Shown: one piece after another, positions 8,427 to 16,476 of the stretch
How the letters are laid out: the number at the start of each line of letters is the position of its first letter
Position numbering within the stretch: position 1 is the first letter of the stretch
DNA from: Acidimicrobiales bacterium
GTDB lineage: Bacteria > Actinomycetota > Acidimicrobiia > Acidimicrobiales > SZUA-35
Reading direction: 5' to 3'
Assembly (NCBI GenBank): GCA_047638695.1
Contig: JBLINY010000014.1
Coordinates: forward strand, 1,488 to 65,487
Length of the DNA: 64,000 nucleotides
Notes under the pieces: generated by a model
Told to the model about the DNA's origin: nothing
The model's database searches: none
Seen by the model: the letters and a program-made list of their open reading frames with translations, nothing else
Made by a program: the position numbers and the translations under genes

Positions 8427-11192
8427 TCAGCCGAGCAGGTCGAGGGGGTGCGAGAGGGTTCCGCCTCCGAGCCGTTTGGCCTGTGATCGACATGACCAGC
8501 CGGTGGCTACGGGCGCGTGAGCATCGTCGAGGCGTTGGCGCCAGCCCCTCTCGAAGAGGTGTCGTGACACTTGTTGGTTCTTGACCTCGTGACCGAACAC
8601 GCCAGCCATGCCACAACACGTTGTCTCGACCACCTCGACGTCGCAACCGGCTGCCGTCAGCACGGACTCCCACTGCTGTATCCACTCCGGCGCCAGGCTC
8701 CGCTCGGTGCAATGCCCGAACAGCTCGACTTTTCCGCTGGTGGTTCTGGGGATGCGGTCGACCCGTGCTGCCAGCACCTCGACGAGACCCTGAACCAGTT
8801 GCGCGGGGAAGCCGGGATGAATCGCCGGGTACTCACGGCGGAACATCAGCGCTACAGCCGGATCGACGACAACGGGAATAGACCCGGACGCTGCGATCGG
8901 TTCGAGAAGCTCTCGCTGGGCGGCGGCGGCCTTGGCAAACCGAACTCTGTCGCCCTTCACATGGTCGAATTTTCCAGAGGGCACGAAAGCCGAGCGGGAC
9001 ACTGTGTATCCCAGTGATTCGAGGGTGATCACTGCGTTGTTGAACGTCTGCGGTTCGAAGACCGAGGTGAACACGTCGGGCAGGATGACGATGTCGGTGG
9101 GGGTCGCCGGGTCGAAGTTGGCGACGACGGGTCGCGCTCGCAAGGAGCGGCGGGAGGGCACAGGAAGATCCACGAGTCCGAGGCGGCTGCCGGCGATACG
9201 CGCTCCCAGTTCAGCTAGCTGGGTTGGCGGGAAAGCGGCCAGACCAGCTACCTGCTCAAATCGTGACAATACCCGATGAGCCAGGGGTCGTTTCCGTTGT
9301 TGGTAGTACCGCTCGAAGAATCGTGACTTGAGCTCCGGGATGTCGACCTGAACGGGGCAACGACCAGTACACGCGGCACAGGAGAGACACTGGTGCATCG
9401 TGGTGGCGACGGCCTCGGTGAGCTCGTTGTTGGGTTCGTTCTGCTCCTCGGTCACCAACCACTGACGAATAAGGTCGGCCCTGCCCTTTGGAGCCTGCAT
9501 CGGGTCGCCGGTGGCCTTGAACGAAGGGCACATCACTTCGCTGGTCGAGTAGTGATGGCAAAGACCGTTGCCATTGCAGGAGAAGGCGCTCGCGAACTCC
9601 GACCGGACCTCGAGGGGAACCCGGCGGTCGGACGCAGCCCGAGTCGGCACTTCATCGATGGTGAGCAGTGGCTCGTGCGAACTGATCGGCCGATACAGCT
9701 TGCCCGGGTTAAAACAGTCGAGGGGGTCGAACGCCGCCTTCAGGCGGCGCATGATCAGAACAGTTCCGGGTTCGAGAAAGTCGTCGGCGAACTGCCCTCG
9801 CACGCCTCGGCCGTGCTCGCCCCAGAGGATGCCACCGTGTTTGGCCAACAAGGCGACGACATCAGCGGTTACGTCGGCTACGAGGCGCTCATGAGACTCG
9901 TCGATGGGATCGAGAGCTGGCCGAACGTGAACACAGCCGACGTCAGCATGGCCGAACATGGCGTAGGTCAGGCCTCGGGCATCGAGGAGAGCGCGGAATC
10001 CACGAATGAAGGCGGGCATTTCGGCGACCGGGACGGCGCAGTCTTCGACGAAGGCCGTTGGCCGGGGCTCCCCCGGGGCAACTTTGGCCAGCAGACCGAC
10101 CGCGTCGGCTCGGACCTTCCAAGCTGCAGCCTTCACCGCCTGGTCGCGAACAACCGTCACTGACCGGCTGAGCGAGCCGCGAGTGATGAGATCTTCAACC
10201 GCCACCACATCAGGTTCGGTGGCGCCGGTGTACTCGAGTAACAGCATCGAGCCGGCATCGGAATCGACGATGGTCTCCAGTAGCGGCCACGCAGTTGATG
10301 CCCGACCCCGGTTGAGGGTCGTCTCGTCGAACGTCTCGATGGCCGCTGGATGTGACGCGGTCAGGCGTAGCGAGTCGGTGAGGGCATCGTCGAAGGATGC
10401 GTAGGTGGCGAGCACCAACACGTTGTGTGCTGGCACGTCGGTCAGCTTCAACGTGGCGGCGGTGATGACACCGAGCGTGCCTTCCGAACCGCACAGCACG
10501 GGTATGGGGTCGACCATGCCCTCGCTGCGGACTCGGTCGATGCCGTAGCCGCTAAATCCGCGGGCTAGCTCGGGGAGCGGATGTGGTCCGGGGGGAATGT
10601 CGAGCAAGGCTCGCCAGATCTCACCGATTCGGTCGGTGCCCGACGCCAGCCGCTCGGCTTCGGCCACAGTTACCGGCGCTGCCTCCCACACCGTGCCGTC
10701 GTCGAGGACCACCTCCAGCGCCACGACGTGACCACTGGTGCGGCCGTACAGCAACGAACCCTTGCCGGCTGCATCGGTCGAGATCATCCCGCCAACCGTC
10801 GCTCGATTCACGGTCGAGGTCGATGGTGGCCAGAACAGGCCGTGCTCTGCAAGCTGTTCATTGAGCTGAGCGGTGACGATGCCAGGGCCTACCCGTGCCG
10901 TTCGGGCGTCGACGTCGAGCATGTGCAGCGCGTTCATTCGTCGCTTTACATCGATGATCAACCCATCGGTAAGGCTCTGACCGTTGGTGCCGGTGCCTGC
11001 CCCGCGGGCCGTGATCGGCCGGGGTGCGTGACGTTGTCGGTTGGCCGCTACCAGGGCGCTGATATGGGCAGCGTCGGTGGCGACGACCACGCCGGACGGA
11101 GGCACCTGATAGATCGAGTTGTCGGTGGCGTAAACAGTCCGAGCGCCAACTGACTCGTCGATTCGGATCGAAGTGTCGTCGATGTGTGTCAT
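8427..11192 (-). CDS. Fused FAD-linked oxidase (GlcD-like) and Fe-S / CCG-domain (GlpC-like) protein
   Basis: ATG at 11192 (MTHIDDTSIRIDES...). It has an FAD_binding_4-type N-terminus (ARGAGTGTNGQSL), a ferredoxin-type CLSCAACTGRCP cluster, and a C-terminal cysteine-rich TTCCGMAG motif. Confidence 0.85.
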   Translation of the reverse strand: MTHIDDTSIRIDESVGARTVYATDNSIYQVPPSGVVVATDAAHISALVAANRQRHAPRPITARGAGTGTNGQSLTDGLIIDVKRRMNALHMLDVDARTARVGPGIVTAQLNEQLAEHGLFWPPSTSTVNRATVGGMISTDAAGKGSLLYGRTSGHVVALEVVLDDGTVWEAAPVTVAEAERLASGTDRIGEIWRALLDIPPGPHPLPELARGFSGYGIDRVRSEGMVDPIPVLCGSEGTLGVITAATLKLTDVPAHNVLVLATYASFDDALTDSLRLTASHPAAIETFDETTLNRGRASTAWPLLETIVDSDAGSMLLLEYTGATEPDVVAVEDLITRGSLSRSVTVVRDQAVKAAAWKVRADAVGLLAKVAPGEPRPTAFVEDCAVPVAEMPAFIRGFRALLDARGLTYAMFGHADVGCVHVRPALDPIDESHERLVADVTADVVALLAKHGGILWGEHGRGVRGQFADDFLEPGTVLIMRRLKAAFDPLDCFNPGKLYRPISSHEPLLTIDEVPTRAASDRRVPLEVRSEFASAFSCNGNGLCHHYSTSEVMCPSFKATGDPMQAPKGRADLIRQWLVTEEQNEPNNELTEAVATTMHQCLSCAACTGRCPVQVDIPELKSRFFERYYQQRKRPLAHRVLSRFEQVAGLAAFPPTQLAELGARIAGSRLGLVDLPVPSRRSLRARPVVANFDPATPTDIVILPDVFTSVFEPQTFNNAVITLESLGYTVSRSAFVPSGKFDHVKGDRVRFAKAAAAQRELLEPIAASGSIPVVVDPAVALMFRREYPAIHPGFPAQLVQGLVEVLAARVDRIPRTTSGKVELFGHCTERSLAPEWIQQWESVLTAAGCDVEVVETTCCGMAGVFGHEVKNQQVSRHLFERGWRQRLDDAHAPVATGWSCRSQAKRLGGGTLSHPLDLLG

Positions 11193-11239
11193 CGGCAGGT
11201 CATTGTAGGAGGCAGGTCTGTATAGGAGGAGGTGACAGG

Positions 11240-11401
11240 TCAGTTGGTGCGCGTCCCACCACCACCACCACCACCACCACCGGCGATGTTGAACACGAAG
11301 ATGGCGATGACGAACAGCGCGAAAACGCCAAAGAGAGCGACCCACTGAATGGTGGCGTTCAAGCTTTGAGCTCTACCGGTTGCCTTTTGCTTCGTTGACA
11401 T
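11240..11401 (-). CDS. Possible small membrane protein with a poly-Gly C-terminus
   Basis: MSTKQKATGRAQSLNATIQWVALFGVFALFVIAIFVFNIAGGGGGGGGGTRTN*. It has one clear hydrophobic helix. An antisense alternative exists, so the strand is ambiguous (see finding). Confidence 0.35.
   Translation of the reverse strand: MSTKQKATGRAQSLNATIQWVALFGVFALFVIAIFVFNIAGGGGGGGGGTRTN
11258..11281. repeat. Trinucleotide microsatellite (ACC)8
   Basis: Read directly. It encodes Gly9 on the minus strand, Pro9 in + frame 0, Thr8 in the +70-aa track ORF 11186..11398, and the W8 seen in the rejected extension of the minus-strand track ORF 8427..11345. Confidence 0.95.
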
Positions 11402-11426
11402 GTGATCCGAAACCCCCAAGAGGTGC

Positions 11427-11816
11427 ATGTTCTTCCCTGCCTACAGGACGATAGCCTTCGGCTGGATGGCGACTGCCGATTCAGTGATGCTGCGGGTGCT
11501 CCGTCTGCCGGAGGACACCGGCGGGACAGAGGCCGAAGCGCGGTCCGCTTTTCAGACCTCAATTGCCCTCTCGGGCCTGCGCTGTCTCATCACGTATCTC
11601 ATCTTGCCGTTCGTGGCTCCGACGATAGGATTCTTCGCTGCGATCGGTCGCCCGCTCGGCATATTCGTGAATTTGGTCGCCATGATCTCGATCGTGATGA
11701 GCATGCGACGCTTCTGGCGAGTGCGCCATGCCCAGCGATGGGCCTATACGTGCCTCGGTGGCCTCATGATGTGTTTCTTGGTGTTCCTTCTGGCCCGAGA
11801 TCTCTTCTTCGTCTGA
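11427..11816 (+). CDS. Hypothetical integral membrane protein upstream of trkA
   Basis: 129 aa with 3 hydrophobic segments (LITYLILPFVAPTIGFFAAI, LGIFVNLVAMISIVM, CLGGLMMCFLVFLL). The start is uncertain: Met at 11466 or 11487 is also possible. Confidence 0.55.
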   Translation: MFFPAYRTIAFGWMATADSVMLRVLRLPEDTGGTEAEARSAFQTSIALSGLRCLITYLILPFVAPTIGFFAAIGRPLGIFVNLVAMISIVMSMRRFWRVRHAQRWAYTCLGGLMMCFLVFLLARDLFFV

Positions 11817-11858
11817 ATCCCCGCCACGCGTCCCATCGTTTGGCAAGCTGGAGTCTTC

Positions 11859-13208
11859 ATGCACGTCTTGATCATTGGCGCCGGAGAGATCGGTTTCTAT
11901 CTGGCTCAACGGCTCGAGGCCGAGCATCACGACGTCGTTGTCGTCGACAAGGACTCCGTCCGCTGCTCGGCAATCGCGGCTCAACTCGACGTACAGGTGA
12001 TCACTGGCAACGGTGGCAGCCCAGCGATTCTCGAACGAGCTCGTATCGACAAGGCCGATCTTGTTGCTGCAGTCACCGACCTCGATGAGGTCAACCTGAT
12101 CACGTCCTTGCTGGCGAAGGAGTACGGCGTCGAGACGACGGTGGTGCGACTCCAATCGGAAGAACTCCGTGGCGAGGCCAGTGGCAATCTGTTGAAACGA
12201 GTCGGAGCCGATCTAGTCATCGATCCTGATGCCGACACCGCCGATGAGATTCTCGAGCTCGTGCACAGCACTGGCGCAGATGAGATCTACCCCATGGCTG
12301 GCGGAGACCTTGTCGTGATCGGTGGCTTTATCACCGCCGGCGCACCGCTGGCAGGCCGCTTCCTGAAGGACATCGCGGCCGAGTACGAGCCCAACTGGGA
12401 GTTCTTGTTCGGCGCAGTGACTCGCAATGGCGACACCTCGATACCGCGTGGCGATCAGAAGCTGCTGGCAGGTGACCATGTCCGGGTGCTCGCCACTCGT
12501 CGGGCCAGAGGCCAGATCCTCGACCTGTTGGGCGTTCCCGGCCAGCGGGCTCGGAGAGTGTTGATCCTCGGAGGCGGCGCCATTGGCACCAGGGTCGCCA
12601 CTCGTCTTCAAGCCGAGGGGGTCGAGGTTGTGCTGATCGAGCGCGACCCGGAACGGGCCGAGGCACTGGCTGAAGAGCTTCATCGCACCGTCGTCGTGCA
12701 GGGAGACATCACCGACACCGAGCTGTTGCACGAAGAGGGCGTCGGCTCTTTCGATGCCGTCGTTGCCGCTGCAGGTGAGGACTCGCACAACGTCCTGGCC
12801 TGTGCCTTTGCTGCTTCGGAGGGGGCAAGGTTCACTGTGGCGGTACTACATCGCCTCGCCTTGTTGCCGCTGGTTCGTCGGTTCGGTATCAATGCGGCGC
12901 TGAGTCCCCGCACCGCGTCGGCTAACGCCGTGCTGCGTCATGTGCGAGGTGGAACGTCTGCCGTTGCTACCTTCCTCGAGTCCGACTCTGAAGTCGATGA
13001 GATCGAGATCGAGCCCGGGAGTCGCGCAGATGGCTCGGTAGTCAGCGGATTGGGACTGCCGCACAACATCTTGATTGGTGCCGTCATTCGCCCTGGAGCA
13101 TCGGCCGAGATCGTGCGGGGTAAGACCATTCTCCGGGCCGGCGACCACATCGTGGTCTTCGCTCGCCCTGATGATCTGGCCGTGGTCAAGGAGTTCTTCG
13201 CCCGGTGA
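11859..13208 (+). CDS. trkA: Trk potassium-uptake system NAD-binding protein TrkA (two RCK domains)
   Basis: 449 aa. MHVLIIGAGEIGFYLAQRL...VVVVDKD and a second VLILGGGAIGTRVATRL Rossmann motif. The gene overlaps trkH by 4 nt. Confidence 0.9.
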   Translation: MHVLIIGAGEIGFYLAQRLEAEHHDVVVVDKDSVRCSAIAAQLDVQVITGNGGSPAILERARIDKADLVAAVTDLDEVNLITSLLAKEYGVETTVVRLQSEELRGEASGNLLKRVGADLVIDPDADTADEILELVHSTGADEIYPMAGGDLVVIGGFITAGAPLAGRFLKDIAAEYEPNWEFLFGAVTRNGDTSIPRGDQKLLAGDHVRVLATRRARGQILDLLGVPGQRARRVLILGGGAIGTRVATRLQAEGVEVVLIERDPERAEALAEELHRTVVVQGDITDTELLHEEGVGSFDAVVAAAGEDSHNVLACAFAASEGARFTVAVLHRLALLPLVRRFGINAALSPRTASANAVLRHVRGGTSAVATFLESDSEVDEIEIEPGSRADGSVVSGLGLPHNILIGAVIRPGASAEIVRGKTILRAGDHIVVFARPDDLAVVKEFFAR

Positions 13209-14719
13209 GCCGTACGGCTGCGGGCACGGCCGGTCATTTGCCCGACGATCGAGCCCGCTACCCCAGCCTGATTCTTCACGTCGTCGGTCTGTCGATCGCA
13301 GTGAGCGGTATTGGTGTGCTCATCTCGGGCGTTGTCGAGGCCATCGATAGCGGCGCCGAGGTGGTGTCGCTCTTGCTTTGCGGCGCCGCCATCACATCGG
13401 TCGGCATAGCGCTGCGCTGGAGCACCCGGCTACCAGCCAATATTCAAGCGCTCGAGATCTTCAGCACTGTGGCCATGGCGTGGGTTGCGTTGGCGGTGGT
13501 CGGCGCTCTGCCTTACATCGTCACCGGCACCATCACATCGTTCGACGACGCCATCTTCGAATCGGTGTCGGGATTCACGACGACCGGGGCAACGGTGCTC
13601 CGACCGATCGAAGGCATATCCAAAGGTGTGCTGTTCTGGCGCGCGACCACCCAGTGGTTGGGAGGCATGGGCGTGATCGTCCTGGTGGTGGCGGTGCTTC
13701 CTGCTGCTGGAGCCGGTGGCTTCGATCTACTCGAGGCCGAGGCTCCTGGCCCAGCCGGCGAGCGGCTCACGCCCCGAGTGCAACAGACGGCGGCCCGGCT
13801 GTGGATGGTCTATGTGGGGTTCACCGTCTTGCTCACCGGCCTCTACATGGCGGGCGGGATGAGCATCTACGACGGCGTATCTCACAGCTTCACCACCGTC
13901 TCGACCGGAGGCTTCTCGCCCTACAACCGGTCATTGGGCCACTTCGATTCGAGCTACATCGAGTGGGTTGCTATCGCCGCCATGTTCGCAGCCGGCACCA
14001 GCTTCACGCTTATCTACCGCACGGTGACCGGCAAGGTGGGCCCGCTGCTTCGCTCGATCGAATTTCGTCTCTACGTCGTTGTCGTCGCTGCTGCATCGGT
14101 CTGCGTGTATCTCACCGCTGATCCGACGGTCACAGGTCATCAGGCGATGCGCGACGCCCTGTTTGCCGTCACCTCGGTGACGTCGACCACCGGGTACGCC
14201 ACTGCCGATTTCGGGGCATGGGAACAGTCGGCCCAGAGTGTGCTGCTTCTCCTCATGCCGCTTGGTGCCATGGCCGGCTCCACTGCTGGCGGCGTCAAGA
14301 TGGTGCGGCTTCTGGCGGTCGCAAGCTTTGCCCACCGCGAAACACTGCGGCAGCTGCATCCGCGCATGGTACGACCCGTACGGGTTGGTGGCGAGATTCT
14401 CGACGACCGAATCGTCAAAAAGGTGCTCGGATTTCTTGTGCTCTCGCTTGCGCTGTTCGGCGGAAGCGCCTTGCTCATGGCCCTCAGTGGGGCTGACATG
14501 GTCACGGCTCTTTCGGCCGCCGCCACCACGTTCGGCAACGTCGGACCGGGTTTGGCTGATATCGGGCCGACGAACGACTTCTTGAACTTGCCGCGATTCG
14601 CCCGCTGGGTGGCCATTGGAAACATGGCTCTCGGACGGCTCGAGATCTACCCGATCCTTTTGGCTTTGGCTTCCATACCCCAGCCGTGGCGGCGCTGGTG
14701 GCGTCGCCTGACAGCCTGA
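13205..14719 (+). CDS. trkH: TrkH-family potassium transporter membrane subunit
   Basis: 504 aa, polytopic. Repeated selectivity-filter-like motifs: SGFTTTGATV, TVSTGGFSPYN, TSTTGYAT, FGNVGPG. Confidence 0.9.
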   Translation: MSRTAAGTAGHLPDDRARYPSLILHVVGLSIAVSGIGVLISGVVEAIDSGAEVVSLLLCGAAITSVGIALRWSTRLPANIQALEIFSTVAMAWVALAVVGALPYIVTGTITSFDDAIFESVSGFTTTGATVLRPIEGISKGVLFWRATTQWLGGMGVIVLVVAVLPAAGAGGFDLLEAEAPGPAGERLTPRVQQTAARLWMVYVGFTVLLTGLYMAGGMSIYDGVSHSFTTVSTGGFSPYNRSLGHFDSSYIEWVAIAAMFAAGTSFTLIYRTVTGKVGPLLRSIEFRLYVVVVAAASVCVYLTADPTVTGHQAMRDALFAVTSVTSTTGYATADFGAWEQSAQSVLLLLMPLGAMAGSTAGGVKMVRLLAVASFAHRETLRQLHPRMVRPVRVGGEILDDRIVKKVLGFLVLSLALFGGSALLMALSGADMVTALSAAATTFGNVGPGLADIGPTNDFLNLPRFARWVAIGNMALGRLEIYPILLALASIPQPWRRWWRRLTA

Positions 14720-14822
14720 ACTCCGAACTGACATCAGGGTTGTGCAGCGCCGATGAGAGTCGACAGCGAGGATCTGCTGTAGCTCGCCGCGCTGACAGAC
14801 GGCAGTTACATGTCGATAGTTC

Positions 14823-15554
14823 ATGATGGAGATGACGGAGAGCGGCTCGGGCCTGCACATAGCAGACCATCTCAGCGCTGAATGGCGGCTGTTGCTGATC
14901 GAGGACTCCCCTACCTATCAGGTGCTCGTTGCCTCTCTTCTGGAGGAACAGGGGTTTCAGCTGAAGGTTGCTGGCGAAGGGCGTGTCGGGTTGGACGAAG
15001 TGCGTGGCTGGCAGCCGGACCTCGTGCTGCTCGACCTCGGACTCCCCGACATTGATGGCATGAGCGTGTGTGAGGAAATCCGGGCGCTGAGCGACGCGTT
15101 CATCATCATGCTCACCGGACGCGACGATGACGACAGCCGGTTCAGCGGACTGCGAGTCGGGGCCGACGCCTACGTTACAAAGCCCTTCGACAACCGCGAA
15201 CTACTCTTGGCCATCGAGGTTCTGCTGCGACGCAGTAAGCCTCGCCAGGGGCTTCCCGATGTGGTCGTGATTGGGGCCTTGAGCATCGACCGGGCCGCAC
15301 GACAGGTCGAGCTTGATGATCGCCAGATTCATCTCACCACTATCGAGCTATTGCTTCTCGAGCGTCTGGCATCGGCTCATGGCGACGTCGTAAGTCGGTC
15401 CGATCTGATGGCGTGTCTCTGGGGCCCGAACTGGGTTGGAGACGACCACGTCATCAGCGTGCACGTGGCAAACCTCAGGAAAAAGATCGACCCGGAGAGT
15501 CTCGGTCGCATCGAAACGATGCGAGGGGTCGGCTACCGACTACGGGTCCGGTAA
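14823..15554 (+). CDS. OmpR/PhoB-family response regulator (receiver plus winged helix)
   Basis: Receiver motifs LLLIEDS, DLVLLDLGLPDIDG, and ADAYVTKPF. The C-terminus ends ...IETMRGVGYRLRV. No histidine kinase lies in the window. Confidence 0.85.
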   Translation: MMEMTESGSGLHIADHLSAEWRLLLIEDSPTYQVLVASLLEEQGFQLKVAGEGRVGLDEVRGWQPDLVLLDLGLPDIDGMSVCEEIRALSDAFIIMLTGRDDDDSRFSGLRVGADAYVTKPFDNRELLLAIEVLLRRSKPRQGLPDVVVIGALSIDRAARQVELDDRQIHLTTIELLLLERLASAHGDVVSRSDLMACLWGPNWVGDDHVISVHVANLRKKIDPESLGRIETMRGVGYRLRVR

Positions 15555-15560
15555 ACGACA

Positions 15561-15600
15561 CTATCCCCTCCGAGACAATGCTGGGTCTCGGAGGGGATAG
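15561..15600. terminator. Perfect 16-bp stem / 8-nt loop hairpin between convergent genes
   Basis: ctatcccctccgagac-aatgctgg-gtctcggaggggatag, starting 7 nt after the response-regulator stop. There is no U-tract, so intrinsic termination is not proven. Confidence 0.55.
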
Positions 15601-15669
15601 TGAAATTAACGGAGAAGTTGTCTGGCGACCGAAGCGGGAACCGGCCGCCAGAGACGAGATGGGCTTTGG

Positions 15670-16476
15670 CTAATAGGCCGCCCCTAACAGACCGACCGCG
15701 ATGGTCAAACCTTCGTGGCCAAGGCCGCCCTCGGTCACGCTTGCTCGCCCGTCACGATCGACCAGAACCGTCGATGGCTGGGTCGTGATGCCGAAACGGT
15801 TCCAGAGGGTCAGATCAGCGTCGTTGATGTGGATGACGTTTTCCTGGAAGAGATCAGCTTCTTCGACGAACTGCTGGAATGTGTCAGCGCTGCCGTCGGT
15901 GTGAACGAAGAGAAAGGTCACTAGCGGGTTCGCATCCGCCACCCGGGCATACGCCGGACCGTCCTGCACCGACACCACGCAACCGGGCGAGACGAAGGTC
16001 ACCAACGCCGATCCGGACCGATAGATCTCGGCACCGACCAGAGGGGCTCCGGAAAAGAGCTCCGGGGCGATGAAGTCGAACGCTTCGGGCTTGGTGCTCC
16101 ACTCCGGCGAGAAGCCAGAGACCGGACGGACCTGGAGGACCTCATCTACCGAGACGGGCAGACTTCCTCGGGTTTCGGCGGTGGCGTCGTCCGCAGTGCT
16201 GTTGGGTGCCGAGTCGCTGTTGATTACTGAGTCGCTGCCGGCCGTCGAGTTGCCGTTGTCTGTCGAGTCGCTGTTCACAACCGAGTTGCCGGCTGCCGAG
16301 CTGTTGCCGCCTACCAACTCGCTCTCGGTGCCCGAACGCTCTGCCGGTTCGAGATCAATGATGGTCGTGTCGGACATTCCTGTCTCCACCAGCTCGCCCT
16401 GGATCGCAGAGCAGCCGGCTGAGCTGAACACGATGAGGGAAAGCAAGGCGGTGGAGATCAAAGGACGGCAGGTCAC
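15670..16476 (-). CDS. TlpA/ResA-like redoxin lipoprotein with a monothiol (CxxS) active site
   Basis: Lipobox LIVFSSAGC. A Ser/Asn/Asp-rich linker. A thioredoxin-fold C-terminus (ALVTFVSPGCVVSV...LWNRFGITTQPSTVLVDRDG). The GTG start overlaps the upstream TAG by 1 nt. Confidence 0.7.
   Translation of the reverse strand: MTCRPLISTALLSLIVFSSAGCSAIQGELVETGMSDTTIIDLEPAERSGTESELVGGNSSAAGNSVVNSDSTDNGNSTAGSDSVINSDSAPNSTADDATAETRGSLPVSVDEVLQVRPVSGFSPEWSTKPEAFDFIAPELFSGAPLVGAEIYRSGSALVTFVSPGCVVSVQDGPAYARVADANPLVTFLFVHTDGSADTFQQFVEEADLFQENVIHINDADLTLWNRFGITTQPSTVLVDRDGRASVTEGGLGHEGLTIAVGLLGAAY

Noticed and set aside
8368-8712. 115-codon N-terminal extension of the NicX-like ORF
   Set aside because: It is Arg-rich and overlaps the 3' end of the upstream oxidase gene. 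Homology-like sequence starts at MIEVLEPKW (ATG 8367).
11193-11345. N-terminal extension of the FAD/Fe-S oxidase ORF containing WWWWWWWW
   Set aside because: The W8 is just the (ACC)8 microsatellite read in another frame. The conserved protein begins at MTHIDD (ATG 11192), and the extension has no coding-like composition.
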